From NCBI GenBank assembly GCA_964016885.1, contig OZ024762.1:4774001-4838000 (forward strand): DNA of 64,000 bases. The letters run 5' to 3'. Made by a program: the position numbers and the translations under genes. This DNA comes from Eledone cirrhosa. Taxonomy: Eukaryota. Shown piece after piece: positions 38,501 through 48,564 of this stretch (the stretch's first letter is position 1; each line of letters begins with the position of its first letter). The notes beneath the pieces are model-generated. The model made no database searches, was not told the origin of the DNA, and worked only from the letters and a program-made list of their open reading frames with translations.

Positions 38501-40498
38501 ATATGTTTCATTTTCTGTTGCTGCTGTAACTAATACGCTGTCGTTTAACTTAGTTTTAAGTGAAGCAGTTGATTGTGAAGATAGCTGAGATTCTCTACTG
38601 CTGGTCACATTTTCTGTTGCTGCTGCAACTAATACGCTGTCGTATAACTTAGTTTTAAGTGAAGCAGTTGATTGTGAAGATAGCTGAGATTCTCTACTGC
38701 TGGTCACATTTTCTGTTGCTGCTGCAACTAATACGCTGTCGTATAACTTAGTTTTAAGTGAAGCAGTTGATTGTGAAGATAGCTGAGATTCTCTACTGCT
38801 GGTCACATTTTCTGTTGCTGCTGCAACTAATACGCTGTCGTATAACTTAGTTTTAAGTGAAGCAGTTGATTGTGAAGATAGCTGAGATTCTCTACTGCTG
38901 GTCACATTTTCTGTTGCTGCTGCAACTAATACGCTGTCGTATAACTTAGTTTTAAGTGAAGCAGTTGATTGTGAAGAGAGCCGAGATTCTCTACTGCTAG
39001 TCATATTTTCTGTTGCTGCTGCAACTAATACGCTGTCGTTTAACTTAGTTTTAAGTGAAGCAGTTGATTGTGAAGAGAGCCGAGATTCTCTACTACTGGT
39101 CACATTTTCTGTTGCTGCTGCAACTAATACGCTGTCGTATAACTTAGTTTTAAGTGAAGCAGTTGATTGTGAAGAGAGCCGAGATTCTCTACTGCTAGTC
39201 ATATTTTCTGTTGCTGCTGCAACTAATACGCTGTCGTTTAACTTAGTTTTAAGTGAAGCAGTTGATTGTGAAGAGAGACGAGATTCTCTACTACTGGTCA
39301 CATTTTCTGTTGCTGCTGCAACTAATACGCTGTCGTATAACTTAGTTTTAAGTGAAGCAGTTGATTGTGAAGAGAGCCGAGATTCTCTACTGCTAGTCAT
39401 ATTTTCTGTTGCTGCTGCAACTAATACGCTGTCGTTTAACTTAGTTTTAAGTGAAGCAGTTGATTGTGAAGAGAGCCGAGATTCTCTACTACTGGTCACA
39501 TTTTCTGTTGCTGCTGCAACTAATACGCTGTCGTATAACTTAGTTTTAAGTGAAGCAGTTGATTGTGAAGAGAGCCGAGATTCTCTACTGCTAGTCATAT
39601 TTTCTGTTGCTGCTGCAACTAATACGCTGTCGTTTAACTTAGTTTTAAGTGAAGCAGTTGATTGTGAAGAGAGCCGAGATTCTCTACTACTGGTCACATT
39701 TTCTGTTGCTGCTGCAACTAATACGCTGTCGTATAACTTAGTTTTAAGTGAAGCAGTTGATTGTGAAGAGAGCTGAGATTCTCTACTGTTAGTCATATTT
39801 TCTGTTGCTGCTGCAACTAATACGCTGTCGTATAACTTAATTTTAAGTGAAGCAGTTGATTGTGAAGAGAGCTGAGATTCTCTACTGTTAGTCATATTTT
39901 CTGTTGCTGCTGCAACTAATACGCTGTCGCATAACTTAATTTTAAGTGAAGCAGTTGATTGTGAAGAGAGCTGAGATTCTCTACTGTTAGTCATATTTTC
40001 TGTTGCTGCTGCAACTAATACGCTGTCGTATAACTTAATTTTAAGTGAAGCAGTTGATTGTGAAGAGAGCTGAGATTCTCTACTGCTGGTCACATTTTCT
40101 GTTGCTGCTGTAACTAATACGCTGTCGTATAACTTAGTTTTAAGTGAAGCAGTTGATTGTGAAGAGAGCCGAGATTCTCTACTGCTGGTCACATTTTCGG
40201 TTGCTGCTGTAACTAATACGCTGTCGTTTAATTTAGTTTTAAGTGAAGCAGTTGATTGTGAAGAGAGCCGAGATTCTCTACTGCTGGTCACATTTTCTGT
40301 TGCTGCTGCAACTAATACGCTGTCGTTTAATTTAGTTTTAAGTGAATCAGTTGATTGTGAAGATAGCTGAGATTCTCTACTGCTAGTCACATCGTCTGTT
40401 AACGACTGTTGCTGACGCCATTCCCTAACGAAATCTGGGTTGTTCTGCAAGAAATGTTCAACTTCTTCTTTACTAAGTTCTTCCTTTTTTTGCTCCAT
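35528..40498 (-). CDS. GAF-domain PDE5/6/11-like phosphodiesterase, single-exon, about 1656 aa, with 19 x 33-aa N-terminal repeats and CaaX (CSIS); copy 2
   Basis: First ATG at 40498 (the track start 40522 is GTG). Motifs SILFDV, QVLNKK..FDLHDE, YHNWHH, HDLDHRGKNN, CDLSALTRPW and EMHVGFI. Confidence 0.93.
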   Translation of the reverse strand: MEQKKEELSKEEVEHFLQNNPDFVREWRQQQSLTDDVTSSRESQLSSQSTDSLKTKLNDSVLVAAATENVTSSRESRLSSQSTASLKTKLNDSVLVTAATENVTSSRESRLSSQSTASLKTKLYDSVLVTAATENVTSSRESQLSSQSTASLKIKLYDSVLVAAATENMTNSRESQLSSQSTASLKIKLCDSVLVAAATENMTNSRESQLSSQSTASLKIKLYDSVLVAAATENMTNSRESQLSSQSTASLKTKLYDSVLVAAATENVTSSRESRLSSQSTASLKTKLNDSVLVAAATENMTSSRESRLSSQSTASLKTKLYDSVLVAAATENVTSSRESRLSSQSTASLKTKLNDSVLVAAATENMTSSRESRLSSQSTASLKTKLYDSVLVAAATENVTSSRESRLSSQSTASLKTKLNDSVLVAAATENMTSSRESRLSSQSTASLKTKLYDSVLVAAATENVTSSRESRLSSQSTASLKTKLNDSVLVAAATENMTSSRESRLSSQSTASLKTKLYDSVLVAAATENVTSSRESQLSSQSTASLKTKLYDSVLVAAATENVTSSRESQLSSQSTASLKTKLYDSVLVAAATENVTSSRESQLSSQSTASLKTKLYDSVLVAAATENVTSSRESQLSSQSTASLKTKLNDSVLVTAATENETYREFIKDIFELNVNKLCHKVLQNTCKILNCERGSLFLLRGTAKQLNLVSILFDVTATSVLEETLHTEENAIRIPMGKGFVGYVAENNCTLNINDAYHDARFLPDIDNATGFHTVSILTTPITDRQGIVIGVAQVLNKKNGGKFDLHDESIFKSFLSFCGISINNEQLLKTSVEESKRHQLLLKLTRYVLKEQNNFRKLISEILQNAMVMLDCSKICLYLADKGNDMISPTKYTTAFQLLRNEVEVTEVPLNKKYVRTIETAMKSSNIIETVILDRGSSEMLITVKGDASNWLLCMKITNALCEVIGCLVFVRNDNEVVSKSDINIMEIFAFICGVSIYNSHLYERSVRLTIQGDVMKEILTHHTTCDLKLLKHFLKLNRLTSEEYQLYSRDFNATKYSDEETVLLCAQGFIEKKALTILNIPIDILYRFILTAKKNYRPNTYHNWHHGLMVFQMMLCLLRAPLMKLCFTEFEHICLLVACLLHDLDHRGKNNAFLAKTSSPFTVLYHTSVLEHHHIDTAIRLLNTAGTDIFRNVSTKDYQHGLKFIEKAILATDLQRHFKEIVAFREKIERGDKTFDTPEDSDLLMNISMTACDLSALTRPWEIQKSNAINIAAEFYEQGDEEKKLDHEVTALMDLENRYKFPEMHVGFIDFACVPIFHLLSEVEEKFTFLYEGLLDNRTHWSNIVAGLEHFDIDFEFEIIFSKNPELKRRISSKSSPFILNYHDRMILSVSIATQTTLIFPKVKGEKKTTRENSCQTDNEYDIYSSRKLLTFSIDIFKEKISKTTQTKIDYTELRMGGRNALIPTNESAYTLNGNLEIMALEPNGFLSSKASESNVKLSGSFLKERKIYFQQALPTSKSEDELQSDTEYKESEAFNHSLLEQQLFRKRSPSVKSVSEVDETKFDLSNQLIRSYSSNSDLLENCTPELPKPIYEEMSAEEKARISAKAMRELDVNRKRKLMKQVPMYQSKFSILSRKTPEEVVTKNICSIS
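38509..40390 (-). repeat. 99-bp coding tandem repeat, 19 copies, within PDE copy 2
   Basis: taatacgctg at 38531, 38630 and onward (period 99). Unit SSRESQLSSQSTASLKTKLNDSVLVAAATENVT. Confidence 0.95.
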
Positions 40499-40647
40499 AT
40501 TTCGTGGGGATAATTGTATCACAATTTTTCTTAAAGATGGTTTTCATTCTCAGTCTCTTTCACTGAGACGTACAACTACAAACATTCGTGCCTTTTCATT
40601 TTCCCTGGAATAACCAGGAATTTCTAATTTTTGTTTCGGAGTCTTTG

Positions 40648-40677
40648 TTGTGACGTCAGACAAACAGTGACATCGCA
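40648..40677 (-). promoter_or_regulatory. Paired CRE module upstream of PDE copy 2
   Basis: Minus strand TGCGATGTCA-CTGTTTGTC-TGACGTCACAA. Perfect CRE at 40651-40658, about 150 bp upstream of the ATG. Confidence 0.6.
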
Positions 40678-41104
40678 GTCTTGTCGTCATTGTAATATAC
40701 GGGGCTGTGGATTGGCAGAATCGTTAGAGCTTTGCGGCATTTCCTATTGTTCTTTTACGTTTTGAGTTCAAATACTGCCGACGTCAACTTTGTTTTTCAT
40801 CCTTTCGATGTCGATAAAAAATGTACCAGTCTAGTACTGGGGTCGATTCTTCTTCTATATCTCGTTCTCATTTCCTCTCTCTCTCTCTCTCTTTCAATTT
40901 CTATCCTTCTCTGAATGAAATTAGCTGTACTCAGGCCCGGAGAGGGATGGGCTCCGTGAGGCTTAAAATGACCAAGAAATGCCGTATGTCAATACGATAA
41001 GGTACCAGTCATGTACCGGGGTCAGTTTAATCAACATTCCCCTCTCCCTAAAACTGGCCTTGTGTCTAAAATAAAAACCATTATAATTCTAGGGAAGTAG
41101 ATTA

Positions 41105-41925
41105 GCAGTAGAATCGGTAGAGCGTCGGGCAAGATGTTTTGCGGCATATGTTTACGTCCCTTTACGTTCTGAGTTCAAATCCCGCTGAGGTTAACTTTGC
41201 TTTTCATTCTTACGGGGTCGATAAAATAAAGTACCAGTAATGCACTGGAATAATTGCTGGCCTTGTGCCAAAAGTAGAAACAATTATTAATACTACTAGC
41301 AGTATATATACGCAAGTATATATACATGTAGATATGATACATCAGATAACATCGTAGTTGACAATATACACAGAAATTGAACGAAGACTGCGTTACACTC
41401 TCTTATGTATCAGTACGAAATTTAGTAGATAAATTATGTAATATTCATTCATTATTTATTCAAGGGCGGTGGATTGGCAGTATCGGTAGAGGGTCGGACG
41501 CCATGCTTTCCAGCATAGAATTACGTCCCTTTACGATCTGAGTTCAAATCCCGCCGAGGTTGACTTTGCCTTTCATCCTTACGGGGTCGATAAAATAAAG
41601 TACCAGTAATGCACTAGGTAATTGCTGGCCTTGTGCCTAAAGTAGAAACAATTATTTATTCAAAGTAAGTAAAGGCGGTGGATTGGCAGTATCGGTGGAT
41701 TGGCAGTATCCCGCCGAGGTTAACTTTGCCTTTCATCCTTCCGGGGTCGATAGAATAAAGTACCAGTAATGTGCTGGGTAATTTGCTGGCCTTGTGCCTA
41801 AAGTAGAAACAATTATTTATTCAAAGGTTAACTTTGCCTTTCATCCTTACGGGTTCGATAAAATAAAGTACCAGTAATGTACTGGCGTAATTGCTGGCCT
41901 TGTGCCTAAAGTAGAAACAATTATT
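41105..41925 (+). mobile_element. Cluster of SINE family A copies (full copy 41464-41653 plus partials)
   Basis: Consensus match, with repeated 3' halves at 41700-41925. Confidence 0.85.
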
Positions 41926-42125
41926 TATTCAAAATAATCCAATTTATTTTACTAAGGGGATAAACAATTATAAACCGTACGCAGTCCCGCACTTCTTACT
42001 TTATTATAGTTTAGAGAGATGTGGCAACTGTTGTCTTTTGAAAGAGTTCGTACAATTGAAGCTGTTGGTGTGTTGCTGTTTAGAGTTATCGTTGTTGTTG
42101 TTTTCATAAGATTTGATGATTACCG

Positions 42126-42142
42126 AGGAGGAGGAGGAGGAG

Positions 42143-42203
<61 letters not shown>

Positions 42204-42209
42204 GGTGGT

Positions 42210-42241
<32 letters not shown>

Positions 42242-42931
42242 TTGTGGTGGTGGTGGTGGTGGTGGTAGTGGTGGTGGCGATGGCGGTGGTGGTGGCGATG
42301 GCGGTGGTGGTGGCGGCGGCGGCGGCGGCGGTGGTGGTGGTGATGTGGTGGTGGTGGTGATGTGATTGGGGGGGGTGATGTGGTGGTGATGTGGTGATGG
42401 TGGTGGTGGTGGTGGTGATGGTGGTGGTGGTGATGTGATGGTGGTGGTGGTGGTGGTGATGGTGGTGATGTGATGGTGGTGGTGGTGGTGGTAGTGGTGA
42501 TGTGGTGATGTGGTGATGATATGGTGGTGGTGGTGGTGGTGATGGTGGTGATGTGATGGTGGTGGTGGTGGTGGTGATGGTGGTGATGTGATGGTGGTGG
42601 TGGTGGTGCTGGTGATGATGTGATGGTGGTGGTGGTGGTAGTGGTGATGTGGTGATGTGGTGATGATATGGTGGTGATGGTGGTGGTGGTGATGGTGGTG
42701 ATGTGATGGTGGTGGTGGTGATGGTGGTGATGTGATGGTGGTAGTGGTGATGTGGTGATGTGGTGATGGTGGTGGTGGTAGTGGTGATGTGGTGATGTGG
42801 TGATGGTGGTGGTGGTAGTGGTGATGTGGTGATGTGGTGGTGATGTGGTGGTGATGGTGGTGGTGGTGATGTGATGGTGGTGGTGATGGTAGTGGTGATG
42901 TGGTGATGTGGTGATGGTGGTGATGGTGGTG
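42126..42931. repeat. G-rich (GGA)/(GTA)/(GGT)/(GAT) simple repeat
   Basis: Direct reading. Confidence 0.95.
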
Positions 42932-43105
42932 GACAGTTGATGTTGTTTGTCTTTTTATCGTTTGATGCCGCTGTTGTTGCTGCAGATATTGGTGTTGGTG
43001 CTCTTTCTGATGCTGTTGTTGTAGATTTAAGTGTTCGTTGATTGTTTTGACTGAGTGGTGGTCATGGCAGTTAATGTTCGACTATTTATCAACACATTCA
43101 ACACT

Positions 43106-43448
43106 TAAGGATGAAAGGCAAAGTCAACCTCGGCGGGATTTGAACTCAGATCGTAAAGGGACGTAACTATGCTGGAAAGCATGGCGTCCGACCCTCTATC
43201 AATACTGCCAATCCACCGCCCTTATATATAATAAATAATATAATATATATTATGTGGGGTGGTGGATTGGCAGGATCGGTAGAGGGTCGGACGCCATGCT
43301 TTGACGCATAGAGTTACGGCCCTTGCCATTCTGAGTTCAAATCCCGCCGAGGTTAACTTTGCCTTTCATCCTTACGGGGTCGATAAAATAAAGTACCAGT
43401 AATGCACTGGGGGTAATTACTGGCCTTGTGCCAATAGTAGAAACAATT
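43106..43448. mobile_element. Two SINE family A copies in divergent (head-to-head) orientation
   Basis: 43106-43222 minus and 43256-43448 plus. Confidence 0.8.
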
Positions 43449-43883
43449 ATATATTTATTTATTTTACTATAGATATATATATATATCATTTGATATTTAA
43501 TATATCATTATATCATATCTACCGCTCCCGAGGCACCAGTGCCCCCTGGACCTTCTCAAGGGCCCCTGGGGACGGTAGCACCCACTTTGAGAACCTCTGA
43601 TCTGTATGGAAGTGATTAGATGATAACAGTTTCTTATAAGATTCGGTGAAATTTCTCTGCAAAATGTGCTGCAGTTTCTTAAGAAAGTGAAGTAGGCTAA
43701 CTTTATATATTTATCTCTTATTTTTTTTATTTTACAAAATTGTTTCTGCAAAAACAGAACATAGTATTAAAGGGAACGCCAAAAGAGGGGAAAAAATAGG
43801 AAATAAAAAGAAGAAAGAGAAAAAGAATCAAGCAACGAAATAACTCCAGTCTAAGCGGTGACTCAGCTGCGTCGCACGGACAA

Positions 43884-44293
43884 AATGGCAAAGGTGTTTG
43901 GGTGGAGGATGGCCAAAGATGTTTGGGTGGAGGATGGCCAAAGGTGTTTGGGTGGAGGATGGCCAAAGATGTTTGGGTGGAGGATGGCCAAAGGTGTTAC
44001 TGTGGAGGATGGCCAAAGATGTTTGGGTGGAGGATGGCCAAAGGTGTTTGGGTGGAGGATGGCCAAAGGTGTTTGGGTGGAGGATGGCCAAAGGTGTTTG
44101 GGTGGAGGATGGCCAAAGGTGTTTGGGTGGAGGATGGCCAAAGGTGTTACTGTGGAGGATAGCCAAAGGTGTTACGGTGGAGGATAGCCAAAGGTGTTTG
44201 GGTGGAGGATGGCCAAAGGTGTTTGGGTGGAGGATGGCCAAAGGTGTTACTGTGGAGGATAGCCAAAGGTGTTACTGTGGAGGATAGCCAAAG
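43884..44293. repeat. 25-bp minisatellite (GGATGGCCAAAGGTGTTTGGGTGGA), about 16 copies
   Basis: Period 25. It gives overlapping repetitive ORFs on both strands. Confidence 0.95.
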
Positions 44294-44599
44294 ACACCCG
44301 CTACAACAGCCACTCCACTTCACGGAGCTCTCTTTTCAACGAGACCGCCGTCTTTCCGATTTTTACGGAAGAAATCAGCAGTGCGGGAACTAGGTTATAT
44401 TGCACGAGAGTTTCCACAGATCCAGTTACTGGCCGTATCATGTGACACAAACTGACTAATAGGAATGAGCATTATAGATCATCCACTGACAATCAGCCTT
44501 CTTTTCAACACGTGGGTTCCTCGCCATTTAGAACTACCAGAGTCTGAACGACCAAATATAACATTACATCGACAATGCTAATCAAAGTCCCAAACTGTT

Positions 44600-45260
44600 G
44601 ACACGCACACGTGTGTGTGTGCATTCTTTGTCCCTACCTTGCCTTCTTTCCTCTATCCATGATTGCTCCCCTTTAGTGAGTGACATCCTCTCCTTCCCAA
44701 CTTAGACTAGTTCCACCAAGGAGATGGATGAAGCTTTACTAGTGGAGAGAGCTGGGTTTGTCTGTCCCAGTTACTGATGAGGATAGACGGAAGCAGAGAG
44801 TATGGGACAATCTGCATTCGACGGAAACTTTTAACTCTCGCTTTGATCATTCCGATCAATTTTCTAGGCGCCGCTTACTTTCTGCAGGCGCAAAGTTCTC
44901 GGGGGACAGGATTGATGCTCTGCCGGTAACTTTCTCAGTCAGGATGAGCTCTACATCCATTGCACTTCGAGTGGGAGCCGACGTCTGTGGAAGTCTGAGT
45001 TGTCGCTGTGGTAGGTTCCTCGACTCCACAGGTCTACACGGTTTGTCCTTCCGTCTGAATGCTGGTCGTTTCGCCCGCCACACCGAGCTAAAGTTGATCA
45101 TCAAACGGGACCTCGTTCGGATAAATATCCCCTCAGTTTTGGAGCCGGTTGGATTATCCAGAAGTGATGGGGAGAGACTAAACAGCCTTACCCTTTGTCC
45201 CTGGGTAAGAAATAGGTGTCTCATCTAGGACTCCACAGTCAGTGACATTTTTTGCTCCCT
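44600..45260 (+). mobile_element. CRE-clade non-LTR retrotransposon fragment (restriction-like endonuclease region)
   Basis: IALRVGA..C.C G..LDSTGLHGLS..GRFARH..SVLEPVGLSRSDG..LTLCPW..CLI*D. Confidence 0.65.
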
Positions 45261-45269
45261 CTCACATCA

Positions 45270-45630
45270 TGGACGCCGTATTTTTTCGGTCATTACTGAA
45301 GATTCATGAACATAGATAAGGGTTGGCACAAATACCGAATTGAAGATGGCAAGTTTGGCTTTTACACCTACCTCACTTCTTCTGAAAACCGAATGTTGAA
45401 GCTGGCACATTACTGCACCCATTCCTGCAATTCTTGTCGATATCACGACTAACGGGTGTAAATTCAGTCGGCTGGAATTTGCAGACGACATGGTGTTACT
45501 TAATTCGACAGAAGGTGATCTCCGACTTGCACTTGGTAGGTTTGATGTCAAGTGCTGCATGGCTGGAATAAAAATCAGTGCTGCAAAAACTGAGACACTC
45601 GTCCTCTCAAAGAAACCTCCACAGTGCACT
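45270..45630. mobile_element. RTE LINE fragment with internal inversion (same family as 28070-28910)
   Basis: 45270-45436 matches 28390-28545 in reverse, and 45441-45630 matches 28106-28292 forward. Confidence 0.75.
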
Positions 45631-45668
45631 CTAATCCGTCCATTCAAGGAAACCTCCACAGTCTACTC

Positions 45669-47612
45669 CAGGGACTATAATCCGGCCCACCAGACCAGTC
45701 AGAGTGGCCTGCGATGACCGTTTTTAATTTTTACCTTGTAGGCTTATTTAGAATTGTTTTCGTAACCGTGATACAATTTTCTGTTAGTTGACCTATACTA
45801 AAGGGCTTCACTGATAGGGTTATGTGTGTTATAATTTACCAGTTGACCTATACTAAAGGGCTTCACTGACAGGGTTATGTGTGTTATAATTCCCCAGTTG
45901 ACCTATACTAAAGGGCTTCACTGATAGGGTTATGTGTGTTATAATTCCCCAGTTGACCTATACTAAAGGGCTTCACTGACAGGGTTATGTGTTATAATTT
46001 ACCAGTTGACCTATACTAAAGGGCTTCACTGACAGGGTTATGTGTGTTATAATTCCCCAGTTGACCTATACTAAAGGGCTTCACTGATAGGGTTATGTGT
46101 GTTATAATTCCCCAGTTGACCTATACTAAAGGGCTTCACTGACAGGGTTATGTGTGTTATAATTTACCAGTTGACCTATACTAAAGGGCTTCACTGATAG
46201 GGTTGTGTGTGTTATAATTCCCCAGTTGACCTATACTAAAGGGCTTCACTGACAGGGTTATGTGTGTTATAATTCCCCAGTTGACCTATACTAAAGGGCT
46301 TCACTGACAGGGTTATGTGTGTTATAATTTACCAGTTGACCTATACTAAAGGGCTTCACTGATAGGGTTGTGTGTGTTATAATTCCCCAGTTGACCTATA
46401 CTAAAGGGCTTCACTGACAGGGTTATGTGTGTTATAATTCCCCAGTTGACCTATACTAAAGGGCTTCACTGACAGGGTTATGTGTGTTATAATTTACCAG
46501 TTGACCTATACTAAAGGGCTTCACTGATAGGGTTATGTGTGTTATAATTCCCCAGTTGACCTATACTAAAGGGCTTCACTGACAGGGTTATGTGTGTTAT
46601 AATTTACCAGTTGACCTATACTAAAGGGCTTCACTGATAGGGTTGTGTGTGTTATAATTCCCCGGTTGACCTATACTAAAGGGCTTCACTGACAGGGTTA
46701 TGTGTGTTATAATTCCCCAGTTGACCTATACTAAAGGGCTTCACTGACAGGGTTATGTGTGTTATAATTTACCAGTTGACCTATACTAAAGGGCTTCACT
46801 GACAGGGTTATGTGTGTTATAATTTACCAGTTGACCTATACTAAAGGGCTTCACTGATAGGGTTATGTGTGTTATAATTCCCCAGTTGACCTATACTAAA
46901 GGGCTTCACTGATAGGGTTATGTGTGTTATAATTTACCAGTTGACCTATACTAAAGGGCTTCACTGACAGGGTTATGTGTGTTATAATTTACCAGTTGAC
47001 CTATACTAAAGGGCTTCACTGATAGGGTTATGTGTGTTATAATTTACCAGTTGACCTATACTAAAGGGCTTCACTGATAGGGTTATGTGTGTTATAATTC
47101 CCCAGTTGACTTATACTAAAGGGCTTCACTGATAGGGTTATGTGTGTTATAATTTACCAGTTGACCTATACTAAAGGGCTTCACTGACAGGGTTATGTGT
47201 GTTATAATTTACCAGTTGACCTATACTAAAGGGCTTCACTGATAGGGTTATGTGTGTTATAATTTACCAGTTGACCTATACTAAAGGGCTTCACTGACAG
47301 TGTTATGTGTGTTATAATTTACCAGTTGACCTATACTAAAGGGCTTCACTGACAGGGTTATGTGTGTTATAATTTACCAGTTGACCTATACTAAAGGGCT
47401 TCACTGACAGGGTTATGTGTGTTATAATTCCCCAGTTGACCTATACTAAAGGGCTTCACTGATAGGGTTATGTGTGTTATAATTTACCAGTCCATGTTAT
47501 GGGAAGAAGTTGTGGTAAATCTTTGGAATAGTGCTTAATAAATATGAATGGCCCTAATAGTTGTTCCAATGTTCAAAAGTGGCCCGCCTATGGAATATGT
47601 TGCACACCCCTG
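45669..47612. mobile_element. Non-autonomous hAT (Charlie-like) element with 8-bp TSD GTCTACTC, containing a 55-bp satellite
   Basis: GTCTACTC|CAGGG...CCCCTG|GTCTACTC (TSDs 45661-45668 and 47613-47620). Subterminal ggcccac/ggcccgc motifs. Confidence 0.8.
45786..47491. repeat. 55-bp satellite, about 31 copies
   Basis: agttgacctatactaaagggcttcactga.. at 45841, 45896 and onward. Confidence 0.95.
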
Positions 47613-48287
47613 GTCTACTCTAATCCGTGGATATCCGTAGGAATTCGTGGATAATCCGTAGGTTATCTGTGGGTTATCCGTGGGTGTTCCGTGGTTTATC
47701 CGTGGTTTATCCGTGGTTTATCCGTGGGTTATCGGTGAATTATCTGTGGGTTATCACTGTGTGTAATCCGTGGGTGCTCACTGGGTGTTACGTGGTTTCC
47801 ACTCCCGCCAAGGTCAGCACTGTATTTCATCTTTCCGGGGGTCGATAAAATAAAGTACCAGTTAAGAAGATATAATCGACTTTCCTCTTTCCCAAAAAAT
47901 AATTACCTTGTTCCAATGCGAAAAAGAAAGAATTATTTTAACTCCACTATGGAGTATTGCACACACTTTGTCTATTCGTTACGGCTCTCTGCGTTCTGAG
48001 ATCGAATCCTGCAGTGGGCAACTTTATCTTTCAGCTTTTCGAGGCAAGAAGCTGTTGATTAGCAGAACTGATAGAGCGTTTGACAAAGTGTTTTAAGGTG
48101 CCCCATCCGGTTACCTGTAAGTTTTCAGTGTCTAAATTTCGACAGGAAGTAGAAAACTGACCGACGGCCAAGGTTAATCTCCCGACCACGCGGTCACAAC
48201 TGATTATAAAAGCTGCACTGGATGGACATTCATATGGATGTTGTGTATATGTAATTAAATGAAGAGATTGTTAATGGTGTTTCATAT

Positions 48288-48314
48288 ATGATGTCACAAC
48301 TTGCATAACGTCAT
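48288..48314 (+). promoter_or_regulatory. Paired CRE-like module upstream of PDE copy 3
   Basis: TGATGTCA (48289) -N9- TAACGTCA (48306), with the same 17-bp start-to-start spacing as copies 2 and 4. Confidence 0.45.
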
Positions 48315-48564
48315 ATTTTGATAATCGTATTTATTCTGTTCAATGTGAATAAAAAAATAAAAAATTTGGCATTTTAAAGAATGTAGATGTATGTAGTTTA
48401 GAGAGTTACAAAAACTATGAAAAACAAAACATAACTATATATCAGACATTGTGGTAACAAAATGTGAGTATATACTATCAGTTACATATTTTTGTTTCGA
48501 CAAAATGGAACCGAATATGGTAGAAAAAAATGAAAACCACCTTTAGGCATATCAATGTGTCACA

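Noticed and set aside
40499-40522. ORF-track start of PDE copy 2
   Set aside because: It is a GTG codon. The ATG at 40498 aligns with MEQ in copy 3.
45786-47491. CRISPR-like regular arrays (also 24787-26529, 29464-30990, 18718-19223)
   Set aside because: They are head-to-tail repeats with no unique spacers, there are no cas genes, and the context is eukaryotic.
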